Shown here one piece after another: positions 44,515 to 54,163 of a DNA stretch of 64,000 nucleotides (positions are counted from its first letter, which is position 1; every line of letters begins with the position of its first letter). The DNA is from an uncultured Actinomycetota bacterium. GTDB taxonomy: Bacteria; Actinomycetota; Actinomycetes; Mycobacteriales; CAVVZQ01. The notes below the pieces were generated by a model that ran no database searches, was not told the DNA's origin, and was given only the letters and a program-made list of their open reading frames with translations. Both the position numbers and the translations under genes were made by a program. The stretch is taken from contig CAVVZQ010000002.1 of assembly GCA_963752715.1 (NCBI GenBank), positions 139,542-203,541 of the forward strand, read 5' to 3'.

Positions 44515-46593
44515 ATGCATAAGCATTCTCGACCGTACGTCATCTTCCTGATCGTCACCGTGTCGGTGCTGGGGCTGCTCGCCCCGTCCGCAATTGGGGC
44601 CAACGGTGGTTCTGACGGGGCCGACGCCGAGACCGCTGTCGCACCCGGCGACGAAGCTGCCGCTGAGGCTGCCGCTGTCGCACCCGGCGACGTCCGAACC
44701 CTCCTGGAGCGCCTCAAGGAGGACGACGAACTGCGGGCCAGGCTCATCGAGCGGCTGCGGGAGAGCCCGGCCGCCCGTCAGCGGGCCCTGGAAGTGATCA
44801 AGGACATCGTCAAGGCGCGGTTGGAGCAGGTGGAGCTGCCGGAGCCGGAGGATCGTCTTCCTCCGCCTGCGGAGGAACGGAGCCCAGGGCCAGTGCGGGA
44901 GACGCCGATCCTCCACGCGACCTTCGACGACCTGCCGAACCAGGACCCGATCTCCGACAAGGCCTTCCAGTCGCAGCTGGGGGGGAGCAACAATGGGCCG
45001 TACAACTACGATGACACGGCGATCGTGGACGACGACCGGGGTGGCGGCAAGGTGCTCCGTACGACGCTGGACGCGGGAACGATCCGGGGTAACCCAGGCG
45101 GAGAGAACCACGGGATCGTGATCTTCTCGCCGCTGGACCGAGTGGTCGATGCTGCGTGCATCTCATACGACATCAAGTTCAGCGAGGGATTCGACGTGAG
45201 CCTGGGCGGGAAGCTTCCGGGTCTCGTGGGGGTGCGGGAAGGAGTATCGCCGAGCGTGCCGACAGGCGGCGGCAACCCGCGCGACCGAGGTTGGTCCGCG
45301 AGGACCATGTGGCTAGGGCCGGGGAGCTACAGTTTCGTCGATCCACCCGCCGTTGGCGTCTCGTACAACTACAGCCCGTTCCAGGAGGGGAAGCACGGGG
45401 ACAACCACGTCTGGGAGGGGGCTGCCGCACCTGCGGGTACATGGCACAAGGTGAAGCACTGCCAGAAGATGAACTCGGCAACGGGCACGTCGAACGAGGA
45501 CTTCGAGGCCGACGGCATCGAGGTGGCGTTCTTCGACGGGAAGCCGGTGTACTTCGACCCCGAGTACGTGTGGCGGACACGCGAGGACGTGCACATCAAC
45601 TACCTCGCGTGGGCGATCTTCCGCGGTGGCGGTGACCTGAGCTGGGCGGCGGACCGGGACGCCTACATCGACATCGACAACGTACTGATCACCGAGGTCG
45701 AGAACGTTCCACCGTTGGCCGACTTCGCAGCCCTCACCGATGGTCTGACCGTCGACTTCACCGGGACCGGGTTCGACTACGACGGCCCGATCGCGTCGCA
45801 GGAGTGGGACTTCGGCGACGGGGAGACGAGCACGGAGGCGGCGCCGCGTCACACCTTCGCGAGGGAGGGAACCTACACCGTGACGCTGACGGTGACCGAC
45901 GTCGAGGGTGGTACGGCGACCGTGTCCAAGGACGTGACGGTGCGGCTGGGTCGGTTCCTGCTCGACCGTTTCGACCGGGACGTGACCAACGGCTGGGGGT
46001 CGGCCGAGGTGGGCGGTGGGTGGCTGCTGCGCGGCGGCAACACCAACTTCGCGGTCACCGACGGCCGGGGTGACGTGATGGTGGCAGCGAGTGACGGGCC
46101 GAAGTCGGTGTCGGGAAGCGTGCTCGAGCGGGACACCAAAGCGCGGGCGAGCTTCGCACTGGACAAGCTCCCGGAGGGAGGCTCGCTATACCTGGCGCTG
46201 GCCTCACGGACCAGTGACGACGGCCAAACCGGCTACCGGGCGAAGGTGCGGGTAGCTCCGGACGGCACCCCAACGGTGTTCCTGATCCGCTCGGTCGGCG
46301 GGGAGGAGACCACCCTGGCCTCGACCTCGGGGACTCTGGGGGCCGTGGGCATGGGCACGGATGCGTTCGTGATACGCATGGAAACGCAGGGCACCTCGCC
46401 GACTACGGTGCGCGCCAAGGTGTGGCCGGCGGGAACTGCGGAGCCGTCCGACTGGCTGGTCGAGGCTACCGACTCCGATCCGGCGCTGCAGGCAGCGGGA
46501 CGGGCCGGAGTGTGGACCTACCTGTCTCGCAACGCGACCAACGGGCCGATCCGGCTCAGCGTGGACAACATGCTCGTCATCCCCACCCTCTGA
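44515..46593 (+). CDS. secreted multidomain protein: polysaccharide-lyase-like (PF14099-type) domain + PKD domain + C-terminal lectin/LamG-like domain
   Basis: Signal peptide MHKHSRPYVIFLIVTVSVLGLLAPSAIGA. LGGKLPGLVG...GWSARTMW...WHKVKHC segment (lyase-like, from memory). PKD signature WDFGDGETS..HTFAREGTYTVTLTVTD. GGAGGG lies 5 nt before the ATG. Confidence 0.75.
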   Translation: MHKHSRPYVIFLIVTVSVLGLLAPSAIGANGGSDGADAETAVAPGDEAAAEAAAVAPGDVRTLLERLKEDDELRARLIERLRESPAARQRALEVIKDIVKARLEQVELPEPEDRLPPPAEERSPGPVRETPILHATFDDLPNQDPISDKAFQSQLGGSNNGPYNYDDTAIVDDDRGGGKVLRTTLDAGTIRGNPGGENHGIVIFSPLDRVVDAACISYDIKFSEGFDVSLGGKLPGLVGVREGVSPSVPTGGGNPRDRGWSARTMWLGPGSYSFVDPPAVGVSYNYSPFQEGKHGDNHVWEGAAAPAGTWHKVKHCQKMNSATGTSNEDFEADGIEVAFFDGKPVYFDPEYVWRTREDVHINYLAWAIFRGGGDLSWAADRDAYIDIDNVLITEVENVPPLADFAALTDGLTVDFTGTGFDYDGPIASQEWDFGDGETSTEAAPRHTFAREGTYTVTLTVTDVEGGTATVSKDVTVRLGRFLLDRFDRDVTNGWGSAEVGGGWLLRGGNTNFAVTDGRGDVMVAASDGPKSVSGSVLERDTKARASFALDKLPEGGSLYLALASRTSDDGQTGYRAKVRVAPDGTPTVFLIRSVGGEETTLASTSGTLGAVGMGTDAFVIRMETQGTSPTTVRAKVWPAGTAEPSDWLVEATDSDPALQAAGRAGVWTYLSRNATNGPIRLSVDNMLVIPTL

Positions 46594-46635
46594 ATCTTTC
46601 GTCGGTTGCCGATGACACCGCTCGCCAACAGAGGC

Positions 46636-46677
46636 GGTCAGCACCATGATGCGCTACTCGCGATCATGGTGCTGACC
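46636..46677. terminator. stem-loop (15-bp perfect stem) after the secreted-protein gene, abutting the tRNA-derived repeat
   Basis: ggtcagcaccatgat gcgctactcgcg atcatggtgctgacc. Confidence 0.5.
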
Positions 46678-47407
46678 TGTGTCGGGACGGCGGGATTCGA
46701 ACCCACGACCCCTTGACCCCCATGATCGGGCTGACCCGCTTCAGATAGCGCAAACTCATCGACCTTCCCCCGTCGAAGGTGAGCGTGAACCGCATCGGCA
46801 CAGACGCAGGCGGGAGCACCGGCCCGTCCTCGAACAGCACCCGGTCAATGACCGCCCCCGGATCCGGCTTCCGCAGCACACCCGTCTCGGGGACCTGCTT
46901 GTGCGCGGTATGCCCCGACGCATCCGACAGCCACACCGACACCGGCATCAGCCGGTCCGGCGTCCAGTTCTCCGCAACAAACCCATCCGGGACACCGACC
47001 ACGTCAACCAGCCAGCCATGCACGTCGGGCCACCACCCACCCGGACCCTTGGCCAGCGGATCATCCCCCGTCGTGCAGATCCAGCCGATCTGCACGTTCA
47101 CCGTGCCCTGCGAGTTCGGGCTCGACGGCAGCGTCATCCCGTCGTTGAACAGCGACCCGGCCGCAGCCCACCACGGGCGGGTCTGGATCGGACGCTGCGA
47201 CCGGCTCAACGGCAGGAACAGGTGATAGCCGGTGCGCGGGCCCGCCTGCGTGAACACCCACCTGTCGACCACCGACGGCGGTGTGCCAACACGGCTGGCA
47301 GTCCAGTGATGTGTCACCCGACGCGACAGGGTCTGCCTCTTCATCGGCACGACCGAGTAGGAGTACCGGCTGCGCACCGCGCCCGGGAAGAAACCGTCGT
47401 CACGCAT
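46664..47407 (-). CDS. hypothetical protein (247 aa) ending inside the tRNA-derived repeat
   Basis: ORF only, no motif recognised. The last 20 or so codons (..IMGVKGSWVRIPPSRHRSAP) translate the att-like repeat. Confidence 0.4.
   Translation of the reverse strand: MRDDGFFPGAVRSRYSYSVVPMKRQTLSRRVTHHWTASRVGTPPSVVDRWVFTQAGPRTGYHLFLPLSRSQRPIQTRPWWAAAGSLFNDGMTLPSSPNSQGTVNVQIGWICTTGDDPLAKGPGGWWPDVHGWLVDVVGVPDGFVAENWTPDRLMPVSVWLSDASGHTAHKQVPETGVLRKPDPGAVIDRVLFEDGPVLPPASVPMRFTLTFDGGRSMSLRYLKRVSPIMGVKGSWVRIPPSRHRSAP
46680..46722. repeat. 43-bp direct copy of the tRNA-Pro 3' half (att-like)
   Basis: tgtcgggacggcgggattcgaacccacgaccccttgaccccca is identical to 48319-48361. Confidence 0.85.
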
Positions 47408-47410
47408 CTG

Positions 47411-47689
47411 CTAGTCCCCGTCGCCGTGGTCGTCCTCGCGGTGCCGGTCGAAAGCCAGTCCGAGCGCCCCCGCCAGCCCACCGATCCCCGTGCCCACCGC
47501 CACCGCGATCGCCTCAACATCGGGACGCACCATCACAGCCACCAGGGCGATGATCGTGACAATGCCCAAGATCAACGTGACGACCACGACCGGCGGCTGC
47601 CGGGTACCGGCCTCCCTGATCCCGCGCAGCACGACCCAGATGAATGCGACCGCAAACCCGGCAACCGTCACAGCCCCCAGGAACACCAC
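47411..47689 (-). CDS. possible small membrane protein (92 aa, 3 hydrophobic segments)
   Basis: GTG 47687-47689. VVFLGAVTVAGFAVAFIWVVL, VVVVTLILGIVTIIALVAVMV, AVAVGTGIGGLAGALGLAF. The stop lies 4 nt before the next ATG. Confidence 0.3.
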   Translation of the reverse strand: MVFLGAVTVAGFAVAFIWVVLRGIREAGTRQPPVVVVTLILGIVTIIALVAVMVRPDVEAIAVAVGTGIGGLAGALGLAFDRHREDDHGDGD

Positions 47690-47739
47690 CAGCGGGCTCC
47701 GGTCAAACGACTCAGACAGCCAGTCGAAAAGATCGCCAC

Positions 47740-48318
47740 CTAGCGTGGAGCCCCGGACCGCAAGCCCGGTTGCCCCGGCACTCGCGCAATCTGTCGCGCT
47801 GCACGGCGGACAGATCTGCAGACGCTGGACATCGTCAGCCGCTGGTGAGAGGACTTGTGGGTCCAGGCCACGTTGCCGTCCGGACATACTGCCGCACGAA
47901 CACGTCCCTTTGCCGCTGCTGGTCTGCCCGGGCAGCGCCCCGACCGTGTAGCCGGTGACCGTGACCGTGCCCTGCGGGCTGACCGCCACCCCGTAGCCGT
48001 AGTCGTTGCTGCTGCTGCCGAACTGGTCGGTCCAGGCCACGGTGCCGTCCCGGTGGTACTGCCGCACGAACACATCATCGTCGCCGCTGCTGGTCTGCCC
48101 GGGCAGCGCCCCGTCCGTGCAGCCGGTGACCGTGATCGTGCCCTGCGGGCTGACCGCCACCCGGAGCCGTAGTCGATGCTGCTGGTGCCGAACTGGTCGG
48201 TCCAGGCCACGCTGCCGTCCCGGTGGTACTGCCGCACGAACACGTCATCGCCGCCGCTGCTGGTCTGCCCGGGCAGCACCCCGCACGTGGTGCCGGTGAC
48301 CGTGACAGGCCTGCGACT
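47740..48318 (-). pseudogene. SBBP-like beta-propeller repeat protein fragment, N-terminally truncated at the tRNA and frameshifted
   Basis: About three DNA units of 171 bp (spacing between the two full units is 170 bp) encode ..VAVSPQGT(I/V)TVTG.T.GALPGQTSSG.DDVFVRQYHRDG.VAWTDQFG.SS.DYGYG. The units sit in different frames, with 1-nt deletions near 48170 and 47905. Confidence 0.55.
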
Positions 48319-48320
48319 TG

Positions 48321-48394
<74 letters not shown>

Positions 48395-48540
48395 GCGCCC
48401 GAAGGCGACGGCAGCCAGGGTATCGCACGAGTCGGACCCGACGGGCCCCACAGCAGCCTCCCGGGCCAAGTCAACGGGCACACGACAGCATCGCCCGGTG
48501 GTCGAGCCCCCGGCTCTCCGGCGACTGGTCGGCACTCGAT

Positions 48541-48580
48541 GTAGTGACTTTGCGGGTCCTCGGACCCGCAAAGTCACTAC
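48541..48580. terminator. perfect 40-bp palindrome (19-bp stem)
   Basis: gtagtgactttgcgggtcc tc ggacccgcaaagtcactac. Lies 43 nt downstream of the 48623 stop and about 150 nt upstream of the tRNA-Pro 5' end. No U-tract. Confidence 0.5.
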
Positions 48581-48622
48581 ATCGAGAGTCGCTCCCATGG
48601 ATCAGCGCACGGAACCAGCTGG

Positions 48623-49519
48623 CTAGACGCAGTCCTCCATCGTGTCCACCGGACGGTAGATGAGCAGGTTGCCCTTGGGCTTCTTGGTGTCCCGGGCCAC
48701 GTAGATGGTGCCGTCGCGGCCGATGGCGAGCCCCTCGGGATGCTTGGTCCTGGCGCCTCCGAGAGCCCACAGCCCGTCGAGGTGCACCGTCTCAGTTTCC
48801 GGGGACATCAACTGGGGAAGCCGACCGATGCGGCGGTCCTTCTCACTGATCACCCAGATTCGGCCGTCCGGTCCCACGGACATGTCGCTGACGTCGGTCA
48901 GAGTTTCGCCGCCCGGATCGGGCTGGAGGGTCCAGCGGTGCAGCAGCACCAGTCGGTCCGGCGGGGGCGCCCACCCTTCGTCGTCGCCGAGCAGCGTCTC
49001 GCGTGAGAGCCCCATCGGAAAGTGACTGTCCGGACCCCACTCCCCCCAAACGACGGGCGAGCGTTCCTTCGCCACCAGCAGATGACCGTCCTGGAGAAGG
49101 AGCACACCTTCGCCCTTGACCGTGCTGTCGACGCCCCAGGTACGCCGGGTTCTCGGGAACTTCCCGGTGACGACCAGGGATGCGCATGCCGCCACCCAGC
49201 GGTCGGTGGGATCGACAAGCGCCACACGTGGCGGGTTCTCGGTGAGTACGACGAGCCTTCCCAGTCCGTCCACGGTGACGGCTTCCATGCTGCGGAACAT
49301 GGCAGCACTACCGCCATCGCACTCCGACAGCGGAATCCGCCGCCAGGTTCCCGGAATGCCGTCCTTGCCGACCTCCGCCACCAGTGCGACCGCGTCTGTC
49401 TCGCTGACCAGCCACAGCATCTGCCGACCGGTCCGGCTCATCACGACCTCGGCCCCCGAGATGTCCTGGAGCGGCACATCCAGGCTGGCTACTGGCTCCA
49501 GCACGTCGCTGACCGTCAC
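48623..49519 (-). CDS. hypothetical beta-propeller-like protein (SdiA-regulated / phytase-like family suspected)
   Basis: Recurring ..DG.(L/I).V.. blades ([45 protein letters not shown]). GTG 49517-49519 overlaps the der stop (GTGA). Confidence 0.55.
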   Translation of the reverse strand: MTVSDVLEPVASLDVPLQDISGAEVVMSRTGRQMLWLVSETDAVALVAEVGKDGIPGTWRRIPLSECDGGSAAMFRSMEAVTVDGLGRLVVLTENPPRVALVDPTDRWVAACASLVVTGKFPRTRRTWGVDSTVKGEGVLLLQDGHLLVAKERSPVVWGEWGPDSHFPMGLSRETLLGDDEGWAPPPDRLVLLHRWTLQPDPGGETLTDVSDMSVGPDGRIWVISEKDRRIGRLPQLMSPETETVHLDGLWALGGARTKHPEGLAIGRDGTIYVARDTKKPKGNLLIYRPVDTMEDCV

Positions 49520-50862
49520 TTGCTCCGCCGTTTCCTCTGCCTGACCTCGATCCTCACCGGAGTGCCCGGCAGGTCGAAGTCCTCCCGGAACCTGCGTTCC
49601 AGGAAGCGCAGGTAGCCGGGCTCCAGCCCACCCGTGGTGAACAGCACCAGTGTCGGCGGGCGGTTCGACGCCTGCGTCGCGAAGAGAATACGACTGGATC
49701 GTCCTCCGCGCACCGGCGGCGGCTGCGCCGCGGTGATGCCCTGGAGCCACTGATTCAAACGTCCTGTGGACACTCGGTAATCCCACGAGCTGAGTGCGGT
49801 ACGCATGGCCTCGGCCAGCCGGTCCACCCGGCGCCCTGTGAGGGCCGAGATGTTCACGCGCGGTGCCCACTGCACGCGTCGCAGCTCCCGCTCGAACTCC
49901 CGCTCGAGCCACGGGCGGCGCTCGTCGTCCACGAGGTCCCACTTGTTGAAGGCGAGTACGAGTGCCTTTCCGGCGGTGACCACCTGCGTCACCACGCGAG
50001 TGTCCTGCTCGGTGAGCGGCACGCCGGCGTCCAGGAGCACCACGGCCACCTCGGCGTCAGCGATCGCTCGCTCGGTGCGCAGCGTCGCGTAGTAGTCCGC
50101 CCCCTGCTGCTGGCGGCTGCGCCGCTTGATACCCGCGGTGTCGACAAAACGCCACTGCTCCGCCCCCAGGGTCACCATGGTGTCGACCGGGTCGCGGGTG
50201 GTGCCCGCGGTCTCGTCGACGAGGGCTCGTTCCTCCCCGGCGATCTGGTTGAGCAGGCTCGACTTGCCCACGTTGGGACGCCCCACCAGGGCGACCCTGC
50301 GGGGCCCCGCCGCCGGTGGCTCCTGCTCCGGCGGAGCGTTTCCCACCGCGGCGACCACCGCGTCGAGCAGGTCCCCACTACCCCGGCCGTGCAGCGCGGA
50401 TACCGGGTGCGGCTCACCGAGGCCCAGCGACCACAGGGCGGCAGTCTCTGCCTCGACGCGGGCGTCGTCGACCTTGTTGGCGACCAGGAGGACCGGCCGC
50501 CCGCCCCGGCGCAGAATCCGGGCCATCGCCTCCTCGGCCTCCGTGGCCCCCACGGTGGCATCGACCACGACCACAACCGCGTCAGCGGTCTCCATCGCAT
50601 AAGCGGCCTGCTCGGCGACTCGGGCGGCCATGCCCGTGACGTCAGGCTCCCAGCCACCGGTGTCCACGACGACGAAGCGTCGGCCGGCCCATTCGGCGTC
50701 ATAGGCGACCCTGTCGCGGGTCACCCCGGGGACATCCTCGACGACCGCGGCACGGCGTCCGAGAATGCGGTTGACCAGCGTGGACTTGCCCACGTTGGGC
50801 CTGCCTACGACAGCCACAACCGGGACCGCCGGGTCCGCAGCCCGCTCGAGGGATTCGGTCAC
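49516..50862 (-). CDS. der: ribosome-biogenesis GTPase Der (EngA)
   Basis: Two G domains ([15 protein letters not shown]..., [15 protein letters not shown]...) plus a KH-like C-terminus. Confidence 0.95.
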   Translation of the reverse strand: MTESLERAADPAVPVVAVVGRPNVGKSTLVNRILGRRAAVVEDVPGVTRDRVAYDAEWAGRRFVVVDTGGWEPDVTGMAARVAEQAAYAMETADAVVVVVDATVGATEAEEAMARILRRGGRPVLLVANKVDDARVEAETAALWSLGLGEPHPVSALHGRGSGDLLDAVVAAVGNAPPEQEPPAAGPRRVALVGRPNVGKSSLLNQIAGEERALVDETAGTTRDPVDTMVTLGAEQWRFVDTAGIKRRSRQQQGADYYATLRTERAIADAEVAVVLLDAGVPLTEQDTRVVTQVVTAGKALVLAFNKWDLVDDERRPWLEREFERELRRVQWAPRVNISALTGRRVDRLAEAMRTALSSWDYRVSTGRLNQWLQGITAAQPPPVRGGRSSRILFATQASNRPPTLVLFTTGGLEPGYLRFLERRFREDFDLPGTPVRIEVRQRKRRSK

Positions 50863-51533
50863 CCGGCTCGTCTCTTCTCCTGTAGCAGTGCGCTGATGTG
50901 TGCGATGACCTCGTCGATGGTCATGTCGCTGGTGTCCACCTCGACGGCGTCGGACGCGGCCCGCATCGGGGACGACGCCCGGGTGGAGTCGAGGTGGTCC
51001 CGGCGCGCGATGGACTCCGCATGCACGGCAACCTCCTCGTCCGTCAGATCGTCGGTGTGCTCGGCCGCCCGCCGGCGGGCCCGTGCCTCCGGCGAGGCGG
51101 TCAGGTAGACCTTGAGGGTCGCATCCGGCGCGACCGTGGTGCCCAGGTCCCGGCCTTCGGCGACGACCTGGCCCCTTGACATGATGAGACGCTGCTGGGC
51201 CACAAGATGTTCCCTCACCTGAGGTACCGCTGAGACCAGGCTCACAGCATGGGTGACGTCCGGCCCCCGGATCTCTCCGGTCACGTCGCGGCCGGACACC
51301 GACACGGTCGGGGCGCCGGGGTCGGTGCCCACCTGGAGGTCGGCGCCGAGCACCGTCTCCGCCACGGCGTCCGCGTCGGAGGGGTCCACGCCGGCATCGA
51401 GCACCGCTCGGGTCGCCGCCCGGTACATCGAACCGGTGTCGAGGTACCGGAAACCCAGTGCCTCGGCCAGTCTCTTGGACACCGTGGACTTGCCCGAACC
51501 TGCTGGTCCATCCAGGACAATCACGTCTCGCAT
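50859..51533 (-). CDS. cmk: cytidylate kinase
   Basis: [34 protein letters not shown]. Confidence 0.9.
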   Translation of the reverse strand: MRDVIVLDGPAGSGKSTVSKRLAEALGFRYLDTGSMYRAATRAVLDAGVDPSDADAVAETVLGADLQVGTDPGAPTVSVSGRDVTGEIRGPDVTHAVSLVSAVPQVREHLVAQQRLIMSRGQVVAEGRDLGTTVAPDATLKVYLTASPEARARRRAAEHTDDLTDEEVAVHAESIARRDHLDSTRASSPMRAASDAVEVDTSDMTIDEVIAHISALLQEKRRAG

Positions 51534-51607
51534 GAGGCCTACCCTAGGCCGCTCGGGCCGTACCGGCGCACGGTGTCCCGTGCTGCCGAGGAGGACTGGT
51601 CGGTGGG

Positions 51608-51970
51608 TCAGTGCGGCAGGTCTGTGCGCAGCTGGGCGGCGCCTCGCAGGTAGGAGTGCCGGATCGCCGACCGCGGCAGGTCCGTCTCCACGTGGGCGAG
51701 CAGCCGCAGCACCCGCGGCATCGCCGTCGGCACAGGGATCTCGGTGGCGCAGAGCATCGGCACGTCGGTGATGCCGAGCAGTCGCACCGCATAGGCCGGG
51801 AACTCCGCGTCGAGGTCAGGGGTCACGGTGAAGACGATGCTGATCAGCTCGTCGCTGGTCAGGGCGTTGCGTTCCATCACCGAGGTGATCAGCTCGCTGG
51901 CAGCGGTGAGAATCTCGTCCCGGTCGTTGCTCTCGACCTGGATCGCCCCGCGGATTGCCCGTACAGCCAC
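51608..51970 (-). CDS. aroH: chorismate mutase, AroH class
   Basis: VRAIRGAIQVESNDRDEILTAASELI...IVFTVTPDL...FPA... is a typical AroH pattern. GTG start after GAGGGAGGG. Confidence 0.85.
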   Translation of the reverse strand: MAVRAIRGAIQVESNDRDEILTAASELITSVMERNALTSDELISIVFTVTPDLDAEFPAYAVRLLGITDVPMLCATEIPVPTAMPRVLRLLAHVETDLPRSAIRHSYLRGAAQLRTDLPH

Positions 51971-52021
51971 TCGCCCTCCCTCGTCGCCTCCACGGTAGCG
52001 TCCGAGGACGCGGCGGGCGGA

Positions 52022-52783
52022 CTACAGCCCCGCTGCCTGGAACAGCGCAGCGAGCTCGTCGCGACGCAGCGGACGCACCGACCCGGGCCGCAGGTCGCCG
52101 AGCTTGACTGGGCCCACCGCAACCCGCACCAGCCTGCTGACCGGGTGGCCGACCTCGGCGAGCAGCCTGCGGACGACGTGTTTGCGGCCCTCGTGCAGCG
52201 TGACCTCGACGACCGCGCGGCCCGGGACGCTGTCCACGACTCGGAAGCGGTCGACTCGCACCGGCCCGTCGTCGAGGTCCACCCCGGCCCGGAGCCGGGC
52301 CCCGAGGTCGCGGGGCACGGGCCCGGGCACGTCGGCGAGGTAGACCTTGGGCACCCCGTGCGAGGGGTGGGTCAGGCGGTGCGCCAGGTCGCCGTCGTTG
52401 GTGAGCAGGATCAGACCCTCGCTGTCCGCGTCGAGCCGCCCGACATGGAACACCCTGCCGTAGCGCTGTGCCACGTAGTCCCCGACCGAGGGCCGGCCGC
52501 GGTCGTCGCTCATCGTCGACAGCACTCCGCGCGGCTTGTTCAGCGCCAGGTAGACGCGGTTGGAGTCGACGTTGACCCGCTCCCCGTCCACCGTGACGAC
52601 GGCTCGTACCGGGTCGATGCGCAGTCCCTGCTCGCGGACCACGGCACCGTCCACGCTGACCCGGCCGGCGGCGATGAGCTCCTCGCAGGCCCGCCGCGAG
52701 CCCACTCCGGCGGAGGCCAGGGCCTTCTGCAGGCGCACGCCACCCGCGGTGTGGGCGGGGTGGTCCTCAGACGTTCCCGCCAC
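52022..52783 (-). CDS. rluB: pseudouridine synthase (RluB/RsuA family)
   Basis: S4 domain RLQKALASAGVGSRRACEELIAAGRVSVDG. Catalytic GRLDADSEGLILLTNDG. Confidence 0.85.
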   Translation of the reverse strand: MAGTSEDHPAHTAGGVRLQKALASAGVGSRRACEELIAAGRVSVDGAVVREQGLRIDPVRAVVTVDGERVNVDSNRVYLALNKPRGVLSTMSDDRGRPSVGDYVAQRYGRVFHVGRLDADSEGLILLTNDGDLAHRLTHPSHGVPKVYLADVPGPVPRDLGARLRAGVDLDDGPVRVDRFRVVDSVPGRAVVEVTLHEGRKHVVRRLLAEVGHPVSRLVRVAVGPVKLGDLRPGSVRPLRRDELAALFQAAGL

Positions 52784-53366
52784 TGGCGGCCTCCGCGGTC
52801 GACTCGGCGGCGACTGCCGCGGCGTGCTCGTGTCCCGGGAGCAGAGGTGCCAGCGGGGGAAGTTCGTCGATGCTGTCGAGTCCGAGCTTCTCCAGGAACA
52901 GCGGGGTGGTCCCGTACAGGTGCGCTCCGCTGTCGGCCTCGGTCTCGGCCACCTGCACCAGTCCCCGCGTGACCAGGGTGCGCAGCACTCCGTCGATGCT
53001 GACCCCCCGAATCTCGGCGACCCGCGCCCTGCCCACCGGCTGCAGGTAGGCGATGACCGCCAGGGTCTCCAGCGCGGCGTGGGTCAGCCGGGCGCTCTGC
53101 CCCTCGAGCAGCAGCCGTTCCACGTACGGGGCGCTGGCCTCGGCGGTCAGCAGCCGCCAGCCCCCCGCAACCCGGTGCAGCCGGATGCCACGGCCTTCTG
53201 CCTCGTAGGTGTCCGCCATGTCGCGGAGCACCGCGGCGACATCCTCCTCGGCGCGTTCCACCACCGCTGCCACGGCGGCAGCGGTCAGCGGCTGGTCGGT
53301 GACGAACAGCAGGGACTCCACCACCGATTCCAGCCGCGGGTCGTCCTCGGGCTTGCTCAATCCCAC
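52767..53366 (-). CDS. scpB: SMC-Scp complex subunit ScpB
   Basis: ESLLFVTDQPLTAAAVAAVV..., GIRLHRVAGGWRL, AALETLAVIAYLQPV.R..V..IRGV. Confidence 0.85.
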   Translation of the reverse strand: MGLSKPEDDPRLESVVESLLFVTDQPLTAAAVAAVVERAEEDVAAVLRDMADTYEAEGRGIRLHRVAGGWRLLTAEASAPYVERLLLEGQSARLTHAALETLAVIAYLQPVGRARVAEIRGVSIDGVLRTLVTRGLVQVAETEADSGAHLYGTTPLFLEKLGLDSIDELPPLAPLLPGHEHAAAVAAESTAEAASGGNV

Positions 53367-54163
53367 TCCTCGCCTGCGTCGCGGGGGGCCGGCAGCGCTG
53401 CCTGGTCCCGTCCGGTCCAGCGTACGGTCAAGGTCTGCAGCGGTCCGTCCTGCTCGAAGGCCACCGCGCCGTCCCGGTAGAGCTCCAGCAGCGCCAGGAA
53501 GCGGCCCACCACCAGGATCATCTCCTCGCAGTCGGACACCAGGTCCTCGAACGTGGCGCTGGCGTCCCCGCCCGACCCTGCCAGCCCCGCCAGCTTGGCG
53601 CGCAGCACCGCCACCTGTTCTGTGACGCTGACCCGCGGGAGGTGCAGGTGGGCGACGTCCACCACGGGCGCGGCCCGCGGGCTCATCGCCGCCGCTGCGA
53701 GATCACGCAGCTGCTCGGCGCCTATCGCGAGGACGACCTCGGGGAGCAGCCGGGCGAATCGCTCCTCGAGCTCCGCAGTCCGGGCCCGGCGCCGGGCGGC
53801 GTGCTCGTAGCGCTGCGCCAGGTCCTCCGCGACCGACCGGAACGCCCGGTACTCCAGCAGCCGGGCGAACAGCAGGTCCCGCTCAGCGAGAAGCTCCAGG
53901 TCCTCCTCGTCCTCCACCGCTCCCTTGGGAAGCAGTCGGGAGGCCTTCAGGTCGAGCAGCGTCGCGGCGACGACCAGGAACATGGATGCCTGACCCAGCT
54001 CCCAGGTGTCGCGGTGGGCTCGCATGTGGGCCAGGAAGTCGTCGGTGACCTGGGCGAGCGCCACCTCGGTGACGTCCAGCTTGTGCTTGGCGATCAGGGA
54101 GAGCAGCAGGTCAAAAGGACCTTCGAAGTTGGCCAGCCGGACCGCGAAGGCGTCACCCGTCAC
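53357..54163 (-). CDS. scpA: segregation and condensation protein A
   Basis: [39 protein letters not shown]. Confidence 0.85.
   Translation of the reverse strand: MTGDAFAVRLANFEGPFDLLLSLIAKHKLDVTEVALAQVTDDFLAHMRAHRDTWELGQASMFLVVAATLLDLKASRLLPKGAVEDEEDLELLAERDLLFARLLEYRAFRSVAEDLAQRYEHAARRRARTAELEERFARLLPEVVLAIGAEQLRDLAAAAMSPRAAPVVDVAHLHLPRVSVTEQVAVLRAKLAGLAGSGGDASATFEDLVSDCEEMILVVGRFLALLELYRDGAVAFEQDGPLQTLTVRWTGRDQAALPAPRDAGEEWD

Noticed and set aside
47740-48318. Diversity-generating retroelement (template/variable repeats)
   Set aside because: No reverse transcriptase is present. The differences between units are not adenine-specific and include indels.
46723-48318. Active prophage, ICE or AICE at tRNA-Pro
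   Set aside because: It is only 1.6 kb, with no integrase, excisionase, replication or transfer genes. I treat it as a remnant.
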